Positions 31,741 to 42,425 of a DNA stretch of 64,000 nucleotides are shown here, piece after piece. The position numbers and the translations under genes are program-made. The notes under the pieces are model-generated. The model was not told the origin of the DNA and made no database searches. It saw only the letters and a list, made by a program, of their open reading frames with translations. The stretch comes from Candidatus Latescibacterota bacterium (GTDB lineage Bacteria > Latescibacterota > UBA2968 > UBA8231): positions 5,600,001 to 5,664,000 of the forward strand of contig OZ242214.1 of the NCBI GenBank assembly GCA_965206595.1, given 5' to 3'. The stretch's first letter is position 1, and each line of letters opens with the position of its first letter.

Positions 31741-34038
31741 TCAGAAGACGAAGTTGAGGCCCAGGGTCGGCACGATGGGCAGCTGCTTGACCACTTCCGC
31801 CTTGGTCTCGGACTCGCTGGTGTCGTACAGCACAAACCACTCGTTGCGCCGGCTGTAGAGGTTGAAGACCTGCAGGTAGAGCTCGGATTCCAGGCCCAGC
31901 AGCATCAGGTCGCGGGTGGCGCTGACGTCGAGGCGGTGGTAGGGCAGCAGGCGGGCGCTGTTGCGCCGGGACGGCAGGACGTAGTCATGCACGACCCCGG
32001 TGGTCGGCTCCCGCAGTGAGTAGCGCACCGAGGCGGGGGTGAAGGCCTGCCCCGTGGCGTACACGAGGTTGGAGCCCAGGCGCCATCTCCCAACCCGGTA
32101 GGAGAGCACGAAGGAGAGGTCGTGGCGGCGGTCGTACTTGGGCGGAAAGGCGCGCCCCTGGTTCAGCTCCGGGAAGGTGCGCCGCGTCCAACCCAGGGTG
32201 TAGCCCACCCAGCCGGTGAGAGCTCCCGAGCGCCGCTGCAGGAAGAGCTCGACTCCGCTGGCCCAGCCGGTACCGCCGCTGACGAAGATGTCTTCGGAGC
32301 GCGCGGCTTCGCTGTCGGCGGCCACGGCGGTGTCGAGCACCAAGAGGTTCGCCAAGTCCGTGTAGTAGCCCTCCACCGTGAACTGGTACCGCCGCGACGG
32401 GTTCCACTCGGCGCCTGCCACCCCCTGCCAGGAGCGCCCCGGCTCGACGCTGTCGTCCAGGGGCACCCAGAGGTCGCCGCCGCTGAAAGTCTCCGTGGTG
32501 ATCAGCTGCAGGTACTGGCGGTACATCCCCCCGGCGAGCTTGAGGCGGACCTTCTCGGTGAGGGCCCGGCTGAGGGAGAGGCGCGGGCTGAAGTGCAGGC
32601 GGTTGCCGACGCTGAACCAGGTGGACCGCCCCCCGAGCCGCAGCCGCGTGACCGGATCGGCCTGCCACTCGTCCTGCAGGTAGGCCGAGACCAGCCGCGA
32701 GCCCTGGCGCAGGTCGTCCTGCTCCTCCCGGTTGAAGGTCTGGGAGAATCGGAACCTGAACAGGGTGGCCAGGAAGCCGAGGGAGAGGGTGTGGTCGCGG
32801 TGGGCGAAGTAGTCGAGGTCGCCCTTGAGCGACAGGTCCCGAATGCTGTTCTCGATGGCGACGGGCGTGTTGAAGACGCTGAAGTCCATGGCGCTCCGGT
32901 AGTACGAGCCGGCGGCCATGAAGTGACCGAAGAGATCGGGCGAGAACACCCGCGTCCAGCGTGCGGTCAGGGCGCGGTTGCCCCAGCGCATGTCGACGAA
33001 GGAGTCCTCCGCTTCTTCCTGGCCGGTGCCCACCGTGTCAACGCTGGACTCCTCTCCCCCGAAGAGGTCGGCCCAAAGGTCGTCCTGGCCCCAGTAGGTG
33101 CTCAGCGTGAAGGTGTCGTCGCCGCGCCGTTGGTTGATCTTGCCGTTGAAGTCGTAGAAGTAGTACCTGAGGGGGATGTCGACGTCGAATGCGCGGATGG
33201 TGCCGAAGACGGGCTCCAGGTAGGTGCGGCGGCCGGCCGCCATCCACGAGCCGTCCTCCACCGGCCCCTCGGCCAGCAGGCGGCTGGAGATGAGACTGAT
33301 GCCGCCGCGGCCGCTGAAGCGCTGCCGGTTGCCCTCGCGGTTGCTCACGTCGAGGACGGCCCCGAGGGTGCGGCCGTACGGCGCCGGGTAGGCCCCCTTG
33401 TAGAGTTGCACGTCCTTGATGGCATCGGGGTTGAAGGTGGAGAAGAACCCGAAGAAGTGGGAGGGGTTGTACAGGGGGATGTGGTCGAGGAGGATGGCCG
33501 TCTGGTCAGGCCCGCCGCCGCGCACGTAGAGGCCGCTGCTGAGGTCGGAGGCCGACTGGATGCCGGGCAGCAGCTGCAGGCTGCGCAGCAAGTCGGCCTC
33601 GCCCATGGCCGGCATCCGCTGCAGGGGCTCGACCGGCAGACTGAGAAAGCTGCCCTGGGTGGCCTGCTCGAGCTCCATGCGCTCCGCCTCGACCACGATC
33701 TCCTCTTCGAGGGCCAGGGGCCGGGGCGCCAGGGCCCAGTCGCGGCGCAGTTCCCCCGTCTCCTCGAAGCGCAATGTGTCGCGTCCGGTATCGTAGCCTA
33801 TGTAGGACACGGACACCGCGTAGGTGCCGGCCGGGATATCCTTTACGGCGTAGTAGCCGCTGCTGTTGCTCACCGCCCCGAGCCGGATATCCTCGATTGC
33901 GATGGTTGCAAGAGGCAGGGACTCGCCGTTTTCGGCGTCGGTCACGAAGCCGCCGAGGGTGGCCGCACGGGCGCTTGCCGCGGCCAGCAGCAGCCATGCC
34001 GGCAACCGCCCGGCTCTTCTGATTCTTCGGGTTGGCAT
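31741..34038 (-). CDS. TonB-dependent receptor
   Basis: GFVTDAENGESL, GEADLLRSLQLLPG, VRGGGPDQ, YNPSHFFGFFSTFN, YDRRH, YHRLD, terminal F; start uncertain. Confidence 0.92.
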   Translation of the reverse strand: MPTRRIRRAGRLPAWLLLAAASARAATLGGFVTDAENGESLPLATIAIEDIRLGAVSNSSGYYAVKDIPAGTYAVSVSYIGYDTGRDTLRFEETGELRRDWALAPRPLALEEEIVVEAERMELEQATQGSFLSLPVEPLQRMPAMGEADLLRSLQLLPGIQSASDLSSGLYVRGGGPDQTAILLDHIPLYNPSHFFGFFSTFNPDAIKDVQLYKGAYPAPYGRTLGAVLDVSNREGNRQRFSGRGGISLISSRLLAEGPVEDGSWMAAGRRTYLEPVFGTIRAFDVDIPLRYYFYDFNGKINQRRGDDTFTLSTYWGQDDLWADLFGGEESSVDTVGTGQEEAEDSFVDMRWGNRALTARWTRVFSPDLFGHFMAAGSYYRSAMDFSVFNTPVAIENSIRDLSLKGDLDYFAHRDHTLSLGFLATLFRFRFSQTFNREEQDDLRQGSRLVSAYLQDEWQADPVTRLRLGGRSTWFSVGNRLHFSPRLSLSRALTEKVRLKLAGGMYRQYLQLITTETFSGGDLWVPLDDSVEPGRSWQGVAGAEWNPSRRYQFTVEGYYTDLANLLVLDTAVAADSEAARSEDIFVSGGTGWASGVELFLQRRSGALTGWVGYTLGWTRRTFPELNQGRAFPPKYDRRHDLSFVLSYRVGRWRLGSNLVYATGQAFTPASVRYSLREPTTGVVHDYVLPSRRNSARLLPYHRLDVSATRDLMLLGLESELYLQVFNLYSRRNEWFVLYDTSESETKAEVVKQLPIVPTLGLNFVF

Positions 34039-34437
34039 TTCTGAAGCGGAAGACTCACGGCGGCTTGCCCGGTTTCGTATCGGGACTGGTTTCCTCACAG
34101 GGCAACCAAATTACCGATCCTCCCGGTCAATGCGAACCAAGGCTTCGTGTTGGAGGTGGACCGACCGAGGCCCCGGCATTCCGCCCCCAGGCCACGTTGG
34201 CGGAGATAACGGGCGCCTCGGGGGCGCGGCCTGCATGCGCTGCCGGTGGGCAGGCGGCGTTCCTTCGTTAACGCCCGACGCGTTCTTTCTCAAATGGATC
34301 GGGTTTCGCCAGGCCGTGCATCAGAATCCGGAAGGAGGCTCCCCGCAAATGGGACAAAAGCACTCGATACCCCGCCGGACCGGGTTTGAGCAGGCGCGGG
34401 CAGTTGTACAGATTACCACCGAGGAGGCACAGACAGC

Positions 34438-35313
34438 ATGCAGATCGTTCTGAATTCCAAGTTTTTTTCCGGCCTTTCGGTTCCCGAGCTGGGGGACAAG
34501 GCGCTCGAGCTGGGGTACGACGGCATCGACGTCTGCGTCCGCCCGGGCCACCCGGTCCACCCCGGCAACGCCGCGGCCGAGCTTCCCGGGGCGGTGGCCT
34601 CCTGGCGCCGGCAGGGGCTTTCCTGTCCGTTGGCGACCGCGGCGACGGACTTCATCGATCCGGCCGCTCCCGGCGCGGAAAGCCTGTACGCCGCCTGCGC
34701 CGAGGCCGGCGTCCCGCGGCTGAAGATCGGCTTCTGGCGGCATTCCCCTGGGAACGACTACTGGCAGGCAGTCGATGCGGCGCGCAGAGACTTGGAGGGC
34801 TTCGCCAGGCACAGCGAGAAGCACGGCGTGCAGACCTGCTACCAGGTCCACAGCGGGGCCTGCATCGGCTCGAACTGCGCCGGGTTGATGCATCTGATCC
34901 GGGGGTTCGACCCGCGTCACGTCGGGGCGTATCCCGATTTCGGCCACCTTGCCCTCGACGGCGAGGACTGGGATATGGGGTTGGCGATGGTCCGCCCGTA
35001 CCTCTCTGTGGTGGGGGTCAAGGACGCTCTGTACCGCCACGAACCGGAGAGGAAGCCCCCCTGGAACCCCTGTTTCGTCAAGGTGGGGGAGGGGTGCGTC
35101 GACTGGGACAGATGCCTCGGAATCCTGAGCGGCTTCGGTTTCGACGGACCGCTGACCGTGCATACCGAGTACAGCTTCGACGAAGCGATCATCCGGCAGG
35201 TGGGCTGGGCCGACAGCTCGCCGCCGAACCTGGAGGAATGGGCCCGGGCGGACGCGGCGTACCTGCGGCAGGCGCTGGCCGCTCTCCGTCCGTCCGCCGC
35301 GGACAAACAGTGA
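34438..35313 (+). CDS. sugar phosphate isomerase/epimerase (xylose-isomerase-like TIM barrel)
   Basis: GYDGID.CVRPGH, YPDFGH, VKD, GEG.VDW, GFDGPL..HTEY. Confidence 0.85.
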   Translation: MQIVLNSKFFSGLSVPELGDKALELGYDGIDVCVRPGHPVHPGNAAAELPGAVASWRRQGLSCPLATAATDFIDPAAPGAESLYAACAEAGVPRLKIGFWRHSPGNDYWQAVDAARRDLEGFARHSEKHGVQTCYQVHSGACIGSNCAGLMHLIRGFDPRHVGAYPDFGHLALDGEDWDMGLAMVRPYLSVVGVKDALYRHEPERKPPWNPCFVKVGEGCVDWDRCLGILSGFGFDGPLTVHTEYSFDEAIIRQVGWADSSPPNLEEWARADAAYLRQALAALRPSAADKQ

Positions 35314-35324
35314 ATCGAGGCGAC

Positions 35325-36137
35325 ATGCGGCTGAACGAACAGCAGCTGCGGCACTTCCACACCTTCGGATACCTGATCGTCCGCAAGCTCCTTTCCCCGG
35401 CGGAAGTCGAGTGGGTCACCGAGGAGTTCGAGTGGTCGATCCGGAATCGCGGCGGCGGCAACGGGCACGACGGCAGCCGCCGCACCATGTTCGGCGGCCC
35501 GATCGAGCACACCCGGAAGATGTGCACCCTTCTCGACCACCCGGGGGTTCGAGGCCTGATCGGAGGGGTGATCGGAGAGGACTTCAACTACTGCAGCGGG
35601 GACGGCAACTACTACGCCGGCGACACCCACTGGCATCCGGACGGCAACTGGGGGCAGCTGTGGGCGACCAAGACCGCCTTCTACCTCGACGAGCTGAGGG
35701 CGGACAGCGGCTGTCTTCGGTTGATTCCGGGCAGCCATCGCCCCGACCACTTCGTCCGCAGGGAGGGGATCAACCCGAACGATTCCGAGGAGCTGTTCGG
35801 AATGCCGAGGAGTGAGTTCCCCGGCAACGTCGCCATCGAAACCGATGCGGGGGACGTGGTCCTCTTCAACCACGACCTCTACCACGCCTCCTTCGGCGGC
35901 GGCGGCCGCAGGCGCATGTTCACCATGAACTGCACCCGCCACGCCCGCACTCCGGAGGAGCACGACCTCGCCCGCCAGTACCTCTCAGTGCACTCACCCG
36001 GGAGGAACAAGGTCGACACCGGCGCCGGCATGTTCTATCCCACCATGGTCGACACCGCCGACGAAAGCCGCATGGTCCATCTGCGGCAGGCGGCGGAGAT
36101 CCACGACGAGCTGTTCCCGGAATTCGCCCGCGGGTAG
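35325..36137 (+). CDS. PhyH-family dioxygenase
   Basis: FHTFGYL, WHPD, LIPGSH, GDVVLF..LYHAS, RRMF. Confidence 0.9.
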   Translation: MRLNEQQLRHFHTFGYLIVRKLLSPAEVEWVTEEFEWSIRNRGGGNGHDGSRRTMFGGPIEHTRKMCTLLDHPGVRGLIGGVIGEDFNYCSGDGNYYAGDTHWHPDGNWGQLWATKTAFYLDELRADSGCLRLIPGSHRPDHFVRREGINPNDSEELFGMPRSEFPGNVAIETDAGDVVLFNHDLYHASFGGGGRRRMFTMNCTRHARTPEEHDLARQYLSVHSPGRNKVDTGAGMFYPTMVDTADESRMVHLRQAAEIHDELFPEFARG

Positions 36138-36192
36138 TGTCCCGGCACAAATATGTCGCCATAAAGACGCCGATCCATCCCGGCTCCCGGCG

Positions 36193-36241
36193 TTGCCTTC
36201 ACTCGCTGTACGCCCTCGGTACGACTCGCTCAGGCGCTTTG
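36193..36241. repeat. REP/MITE-like intergenic repeat, copy 1
   Basis: 42/49 identical by manual alignment to 60779-60827; core GGTACGACTCGCTCAGGCGC. Confidence 0.75.
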
Positions 36242-36494
36242 TCAGCGGGGGGCCTCGGCGCCAGGTTCGCGGTCGGCCCGGGTCAAGCGGTGGGCACTTA
36301 CGGGGGCAGGGAGCCGAATCCGGTTCAGAGCCCTGCCCCTCTCCTTCAAATCAAATAGCGGCTTTCACCAAGGCTCGCGCACCGCAGTCTGGGGGCGCTT
36401 CGGCAGCACAGGCTCACAGGGCAACCCCCGTGCCGCTCGCAGGAATCGGGCCGGGACCTCTGCTCCCCTCTCATCAGGCAGGATTCTGTCAGAC

Positions 36495-37461
36495 CTACCC
36501 GGAGTACGGCGCCAGGTCGAGACCCGGGAACAGCACCTCGAGGTTCGCCAGGGTGTTGCCGTCGTAGTACGGGGTGCCCGGGAGGCGGCCATCCGAACAA
36601 GGTCCGCACCCGCGGCGTGGTGCTTTCCCAGAACGGCTTGACGTGCTCCCGCTCGGGACCGGCCCAGGGGTTGGCGAGCTTCGTCCAGCGGCTGTTGTCG
36701 GCGCGGCACATCGACAGGGTCCAGAAGGCGCGCTGCCTGCGCCGGTTCCGGAAGGGGACGGCGGCGTGCACGAGATAGGACGAGACGAACAGCGCCGACC
36801 CGGCCCTGGCGGTGGTCGGCACCGGCGCGGCGAACTCCGGCACCTTGCGAATGTCCCCTACGCTGCCCGAGGTGAGGTTGCCCTCGGCGCCAAGCCTCGG
36901 GAACAGCTCGACGACCTGGTGGTGGGATCCGGGAATCACGTGCATCGGCGCGCCGTTCTCCGCGACGTCGTGGAGGTAGACGCCGCTGTTGACGTAGTCG
37001 AAGGCGCCGACGCCGTGGCTCGGGGGCAGGAAGCAGTTGGTGTAGTGATCGATGTGGTATCCCTGCCAGGGATGCTCGGCGTGGCGCTCGTCGGTGGGGC
37101 CGGAGCGCATGAACAGATGGGCGTTGCAGTAGCTGGCTTCCGCCCCCAGGCACTGCTCGAAGACGTCGAGGTACTCGTCGTTCTCGATCAGCCTGTCGAG
37201 GGCATCCGCCCCGGTCGGAAACTGGGCGCGCCCGTGCTCGGTGTTGCCGTAATGGGGTACCGCGACCGTGGGGACCGGCTCGACCGAGTCGGCCTTCGCC
37301 CCGGCGTCGAGGTCGGCGAGGTGGTCGTCGAAGCTCTTGCCGTAGAAGATCTTCTCCATCTCCTCGAGGGCCGCCCCGACCGCGGCGGGGGAGAACAGGC
37401 CGGGCACCAGGATGTAGCCGTCGCGACGGAAGTCGGCGAGCTGGCTTTCTGTCAGTGGCAT
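36495..37461 (-). CDS. PhyH-family dioxygenase, frameshift near 36572
   Basis: FRRDGYIL, YHID, IPGSH, LVHAA; the C-terminus GWPPPGHP-YYDGNTL...LAPYSG* needs one base removed. Confidence 0.82.
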
Positions 37462-37568
37462 GGGATTTCTCTCGCTGGGGTATCCGCAGAGCGGAGTGGG
37501 CAAGGGGCCAAGGCGGCTTCCGTATTTCTTGTGAAAACGGCGACAAGGTACGGGACCGCGGCGGGATA

Positions 37569-38918
37569 TCAACCTCGTCGCGGCGATGGGTTCCGGCCCC
37601 GTTGTCGTGCCGTTGCTCGGCGGCCGTCGCCACCGGCAGCATCGGGAGAGCGGTCCGCATCGAGGGTAAACCGCTGGTCCTGCCGCGGCGCGAGGCCGAA
37701 GAAGGCGGCCATGATCGCGCCGCTGGCAATCCGCGCTGCTCCGGCCAGGCCGAAGGAAACCCAGTACCCGTGCTCGAGGATCAGCATCCCTCCGAGAATG
37801 CTGCCGGCGAAGCTGAAGATCTGGAACCCGCAGACGCGGAAACCCTGGATCCGGGCCCAGTAGCGCCGCGGCAGAACCCGGGTGGAGAAGTGCTGGTCGG
37901 AGGGGTTGTCGATCACCTCCCCGGCGCGCACGAGCAGGAACATCGCCACCGCCACGGGCAGGCTGATGACGGCGCCCATGACGCCGACGGCGCTGCCGCC
38001 GACGGTGCGGGCGCAGAGGATCGCCGCGGTCGCCCCCAGCCGGCGCACCAGGAAGGGCGCCCCGAAGGTGACGGGCAGGCTCACGAGCTGGCTGAGAAAG
38101 AAAATCGCCCCGATCGCCGCGGGCCCGACCTGCAGCTCCTCTTCGAAGAAGACGTTGAAGAACGGATAGGTCAGCCCCATCGAGAAGCCGCGGCTGGCGC
38201 TCAGGGCGGCGATGGCGGTATAGACGCGCCAGGGCGGGTCGCCCTCGGTGCCGGGTTCTTCCGGCGGCGCATAGGCGGGAAGCGGGTGAGCGGTCCTCCC
38301 CTCGACCGCCAGCAGGGGCAGCGCCGCGGCCAGCGAGAAGAAAGCCCCGAGCAGCAACGAGTAGCGGAACGGCTCGGGCATTTCCGTGGAGGCGCCGAGG
38401 AACCAGGCCAGGGCTCCGGGCATGACGCCCCCCGCCATGCTGAGAAGCATGCGGATCACCACCTGCAGGGCGGTCCAGATCACCAGCGCCTCGGCGCGCC
38501 GCGAGGGGTGGGCGTTGTCGGAGAGGAAGGGGACGTGGTTGACCCAGATGCAGGCCGAGCCCAGGCCGCCGACGAAGGAGAAGGCCAGCAGGGCTCCGGG
38601 GGCGCCGGCGAAGCAGAGCCCCAGCTGGGATACGGTCAGCAGCAGACTCGAACCCACCAGGAACGCCTTGCGGCCGAAGCGGTCGCTCAGCATGCCGACA
38701 GGGAGAGCGAGAAGCCCGGTGGCCAGCGGCGCCATGCCGGCGACCTGACCGATGAAGTCCTCCTGGTATCCCAGGCGCAGCAGGTAGAGGTTGTAGAGCA
38801 GCGAGAACAGCGCCATGCCGGCGTTGATCGAGATGCCGTAGAGGAAGAAGAGCCGGACGTTGCGGTTGAACTCGCGCAGGCGGAATCCGCTGAGGGTGGC
38901 GGGGATCGATATGGGCAT
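37569..38918 (-). CDS. MFS transporter
   Basis: About 12 TM segments, GMLSDRFGRK motif A, YNLYLLRLGY. Confidence 0.9.
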   Translation of the reverse strand: MPISIPATLSGFRLREFNRNVRLFFLYGISINAGMALFSLLYNLYLLRLGYQEDFIGQVAGMAPLATGLLALPVGMLSDRFGRKAFLVGSSLLLTVSQLGLCFAGAPGALLAFSFVGGLGSACIWVNHVPFLSDNAHPSRRAEALVIWTALQVVIRMLLSMAGGVMPGALAWFLGASTEMPEPFRYSLLLGAFFSLAAALPLLAVEGRTAHPLPAYAPPEEPGTEGDPPWRVYTAIAALSASRGFSMGLTYPFFNVFFEEELQVGPAAIGAIFFLSQLVSLPVTFGAPFLVRRLGATAAILCARTVGGSAVGVMGAVISLPVAVAMFLLVRAGEVIDNPSDQHFSTRVLPRRYWARIQGFRVCGFQIFSFAGSILGGMLILEHGYWVSFGLAGAARIASGAIMAAFFGLAPRQDQRFTLDADRSPDAAGGDGRRATARQRGRNPSPRRG

Positions 38919-39168
38919 CTGTTATCGGAGGTGGGGGGCGGGGCTCACGTTTTTTTCAGGCTGCGCCGGCAATGGCCCGCCCGGGGCGCAAAGGAGCAGG
39001 GCCGGCCGCGAAGTACCCGGTGCCTGAGGCGCTCTCCTGCGGAGGAAGGTCCCGGGGGAGGACTGCCTCCTCCGGCTGCCGGAAGTCCGGGGGAAATCCA
39101 ATCGGGAGGAGGAGACAGGCGGGCGACAGGCTGGCCGCCCCGCTTTCTTCACGAGTCGGAGCCTGCTC

Positions 39169-40131
39169 TCACCCTGTCAGGATCTGGGAGAGCAGGCCCG
39201 GCTCGACGTTGCCGCCGCTGACGACGGCCACCGCGGTTTCCCCGGCCGGCAGGCGGTCGCGCCGGAACATCCACGCCGCCGCGGCGACGGCGCCGCTCGG
39301 CTCGGCCACCAGGCGGGCGTCGAGAACGATGCGCCGCATCGCTGCGGCGATCTCCTCCTCGCTGACGCTGACGACGTCGTCGACGAACGCCGTCATGTGC
39401 TCGAAAGTGATGGCGCCGACGCGGGTGGCGCGAAGGCCGTCGGCCATGGTGCGGCGCGTCTGCGCGAGCTCGAACTCGACGATTTCGCCGCGCTCGAAGC
39501 TCGCCCTCGCGTCTCCTGCCAGCTCCGGCTCGACCCCGACGACCCTGACGCCGCAGCCGCGGAGCTTGATGGCCGCGGCCACGCCGCTCAGCAGTCCGCC
39601 GCCGCCGATGGGGGCGAGCACGAGGTCCGCCTGCGGAAGATCCTCGCAGATCTCGAGGCCCGTGGTTCCCGCCCCGGCGATGATGGTCTCGTCGTCGAAG
39701 GGAGGCACCATCGCGTACCCGTGTTCCGCGGCCATTTCCTCGGCGGCGAGGCGCCAGTCTTCCTCGGACCCCTCGGCCAGCTCGACGACCTCGGCACCGA
39801 GTTTCCGCGTCTTCCGTTTCTTGACCTCCGGGGCGATCGCCGGCATGGCGATCGTCGCCTTTATTCCGAGGGCGCGCGCCGCGTAGGCGACCCCCTGGGC
39901 GTGGTTGCCGCTGGAGAAGGCGATCACGCCGCGCCCTTTCTCTTCCGCGGTCAGCGAGGCGATCTTGTTGTACGCCCCGCGCAGCTTGAAAGCCCCTACC
40001 GGCTGCAGGTTCTCCGCCTTCAGGTACAGAGGCCCTGACGTCGAGCCGTCATGGAGGGGGACAAGCGGGGTGCGTAGCACCACGCCTTCGATACGGTTTC
40101 TGGCTTCCTGGAGATCGGCGAGGGTAATCAT
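39169..40131 (-). CDS. PLP-dependent threonine/serine dehydratase family protein
   Basis: KAENLQ.VGAFKLRGA, SSGNHAQG, PIGGGGLLSG, EPSGA, SGGN; no ACT domain. Confidence 0.92.
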   Translation of the reverse strand: MITLADLQEARNRIEGVVLRTPLVPLHDGSTSGPLYLKAENLQPVGAFKLRGAYNKIASLTAEEKGRGVIAFSSGNHAQGVAYAARALGIKATIAMPAIAPEVKKRKTRKLGAEVVELAEGSEEDWRLAAEEMAAEHGYAMVPPFDDETIIAGAGTTGLEICEDLPQADLVLAPIGGGGLLSGVAAAIKLRGCGVRVVGVEPELAGDARASFERGEIVEFELAQTRRTMADGLRATRVGAITFEHMTAFVDDVVSVSEEEIAAAMRRIVLDARLVAEPSGAVAAAAWMFRRDRLPAGETAVAVVSGGNVEPGLLSQILTG

Positions 40132-40136
40132 CGGTC

Positions 40137-40179
40137 GTGTGACAGAAGGTTTGTCGGTAGTGTGACAGGAGGTTTGTCG
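40137..40179. promoter_or_regulatory. two tandem palindromic operator-like sites between divergent genes
   Basis: GTGTGACAGAAGGTTTGTCG (40137-40156) and GTGTGACAGGAGGTTTGTCG (40160-40179), each GACA-N7-TGTC. Confidence 0.6.
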
Positions 40180-40222
40180 CGGCTGCCGAATATCGTAGCA
40201 TTGTCCTTCAGGGAGAAGAAGA

Positions 40223-41278
40223 ATGCGAATTTCGGTCGGACACGACCCCGGGCTTTCCGAAGGCTATCTGCGCAAGATGTGCCAGCTCGGGGTCGATTGC
40301 ATCGATTTCGGCAGCGGGGACTGGTTTCCGGGGGTGAAGGAACAGGGCTACCCCGATCTGGACGGGTTGATCCGCATCCGCCGCAGGCTGCAGTCCTGGG
40401 GGATGGACTGGAACCGGGTCACCCTGCCGGACATGACCGAGGCGTTCTTTCTCGACCGCGACGGGGCCGAGCGCGAGCTCGAAAACAGCGCCGCGGCGCT
40501 TGCCGTCTTCGCCGAGGCCGGGGCCCCGATCGCCCGCCAGCGTTGCGAGGGGGACACCTTCAACCACCTGCTCCGCCACTATCGCTCCGTGCACCGCGGC
40601 GGCTATCTCGGCGCCGGCGACACGGTGTTGCAAGGAGGCGCGCTGCAGCTATCCGAGCAGGAGCTGAGGAGCCGTAGGGTGCACGTCTGGGACGGCGCGA
40701 GCACGGAACCGCCCGGCAGGGAGGCCCTCGACGACTGGTGGGACCACTTCTGCCGCATCTACAGGGAGCTCGTCCCGATCGCCGACGAAACCGGCATCCG
40801 GCTCGTCATGCACCCCAGCGACATCCCCATGCCGGACACCCCGTTCGGAGGGCTCGGCTTCCACCGCATCAGCGACTGCTTTCCCAGCAGACAGGTCGGC
40901 TACCTCTACTGCTGCGGCACCCGCGCCGAGGCAGGCGGCCTGCCGCTGGTGCTCGACGAGGTCGAGAACTACGGGCGCAAGGGGCGCATCTTCACCGTGC
41001 ACTTCCGCAACGTCCGGGCGTCGCTGGCCACGGCGCAGGCGTATGAGGAGGTGGCCCTCGACGACGGCGACATGAACATGTTCAGGATCCTGCTCGCCCT
41101 GGACCGGGTCGGGTTCGACGGCTGCGTCAACCCCGACCACATGCCGATCGTCGAGGGGGATTGGGCCGACAACATGAACCCTGCGAGCAGGCAGGTTTCG
41201 CACCAGGCGCTGGCGTACGCCATCGGCTATATCAAAGCCCTGTTGGCGGCCTTGGCGGAGCTCAAGGGAAGGGGATAG
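40223..41278 (+). CDS. mannonate dehydratase (UxuA)-like protein
   Basis: LVPIADETGIRLVMHPSD.P, GRI..VHFRNV, PDHMP, AYAIGYIKAL. Confidence 0.75.
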   Translation: MRISVGHDPGLSEGYLRKMCQLGVDCIDFGSGDWFPGVKEQGYPDLDGLIRIRRRLQSWGMDWNRVTLPDMTEAFFLDRDGAERELENSAAALAVFAEAGAPIARQRCEGDTFNHLLRHYRSVHRGGYLGAGDTVLQGGALQLSEQELRSRRVHVWDGASTEPPGREALDDWWDHFCRIYRELVPIADETGIRLVMHPSDIPMPDTPFGGLGFHRISDCFPSRQVGYLYCCGTRAEAGGLPLVLDEVENYGRKGRIFTVHFRNVRASLATAQAYEEVALDDGDMNMFRILLALDRVGFDGCVNPDHMPIVEGDWADNMNPASRQVSHQALAYAIGYIKALLAALAELKGRG

Positions 41279-41284
41279 CCGCAC

Positions 41285-42388
41285 ATGGCGAAAACATTCA
41301 GGATCGCAATCGTCGGGCACACCGGGCGCGGCAGCTACGGGCACGGACTCGACATGGGGTTCGTCGGCGTAGAAGGGGCGCATATAGCCGCCCTCGCCGA
41401 TCCCGACGAGGAGGGGCGGGCGGCGGCGCTCGCGAAGACCGGGGCCGAAGCGGGCTACGCCGAGTACCGGGAGATGCTCCCCAGGGAAAAGCCCGACATA
41501 GCGGTCCTCGCCTCGCGCGAGATCGGCGACCATTGCCAGCTCGTGCTCGACGCCGCCGAAGCCGGCTGCAATATCTACCTCGAAAAGCCGGTGGCCGCCT
41601 CTCCCGCCGAGGTCGACCGGATGATGGCCGCCTGCGAAAAGGCAGGGGTGCTCTGCGTCGTCGCTCACCCCTGGCGCGGCCACCCGCCGATTCAGCGCGT
41701 CGCCATCCCGATGATCCGGGCCGGCGACAAGATCGGCGAGCCGCGGCTGTGCCGCGTCTACGGCATGAACGGCCACCACGGCGGCGACCAGCTCTTCCTC
41801 GACCTCTACCCCCACTTCTTCGATTTCCTCTGGCAGCTGTTCGGCGCGCCCCTGTGGTGCCACGCCCATCTGACGGAAGGCGGGCGGGACGCGGTGCCCG
41901 CCGATCTCGAGCCGGGCGCCGAGGGCATGGGCCTGGTTGCCGGCGACGGCATCAGGGCCTACTACCAGTTCCCGTCGGGGGTGGCCGCGGACTTCGAGTC
42001 GTACCGGGGCGACTCCGGCGAGATGCCCTACCGCATCGACATCCACGGCACCACGGGAACCCTGTCGATCCCGGGGCCGATGTCGAGCCAGCCCGACATC
42101 TACTACCACCCGCAGGTCAGCCCGAAGCTGTTCGGCGACGACCGCTGGGAGGTGGTCCCCTCCGAGCCGCCGCCGGACGCGGAGAAATGGGTGCAGGCCC
42201 ACCATCGCATGGCGCGCTCGATGATGGACATGCTGGAGGGGAAGGAACCGGAGTGGGAACTGGTACAGCTGGGGAATGCGCGGCTGTATCTCGAGATGGC
42301 GATGATTGCCCACGCCTCGCACATGGCGGGCTCGCGGGTGTCGCTGCCGCTGGCGACCGCGGACAACCCGTTCGACGACTGGGAGTAA
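41285..42388 (+). CDS. Gfo/Idh/MocA family oxidoreductase
   Basis: IVGHTGRGSYGHG, YREML..EKPDI, YLEKP, IHGTTG. Confidence 0.9.
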   Translation: MAKTFRIAIVGHTGRGSYGHGLDMGFVGVEGAHIAALADPDEEGRAAALAKTGAEAGYAEYREMLPREKPDIAVLASREIGDHCQLVLDAAEAGCNIYLEKPVAASPAEVDRMMAACEKAGVLCVVAHPWRGHPPIQRVAIPMIRAGDKIGEPRLCRVYGMNGHHGGDQLFLDLYPHFFDFLWQLFGAPLWCHAHLTEGGRDAVPADLEPGAEGMGLVAGDGIRAYYQFPSGVAADFESYRGDSGEMPYRIDIHGTTGTLSIPGPMSSQPDIYYHPQVSPKLFGDDRWEVVPSEPPPDAEKWVQAHHRMARSMMDMLEGKEPEWELVQLGNARLYLEMAMIAHASHMAGSRVSLPLATADNPFDDWE

Positions 42389-42425
42389 AAGCGGGGCGGG
42401 CGCGCTGACCGGGGGGGACCCTCAG

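Noticed and set aside
38930-39165. Glycine-riboswitch-like words (GGAGAG, CTCAGG) upstream of the MFS gene
   Set aside because: Spacing is too short and the GCCGAAG element is absent
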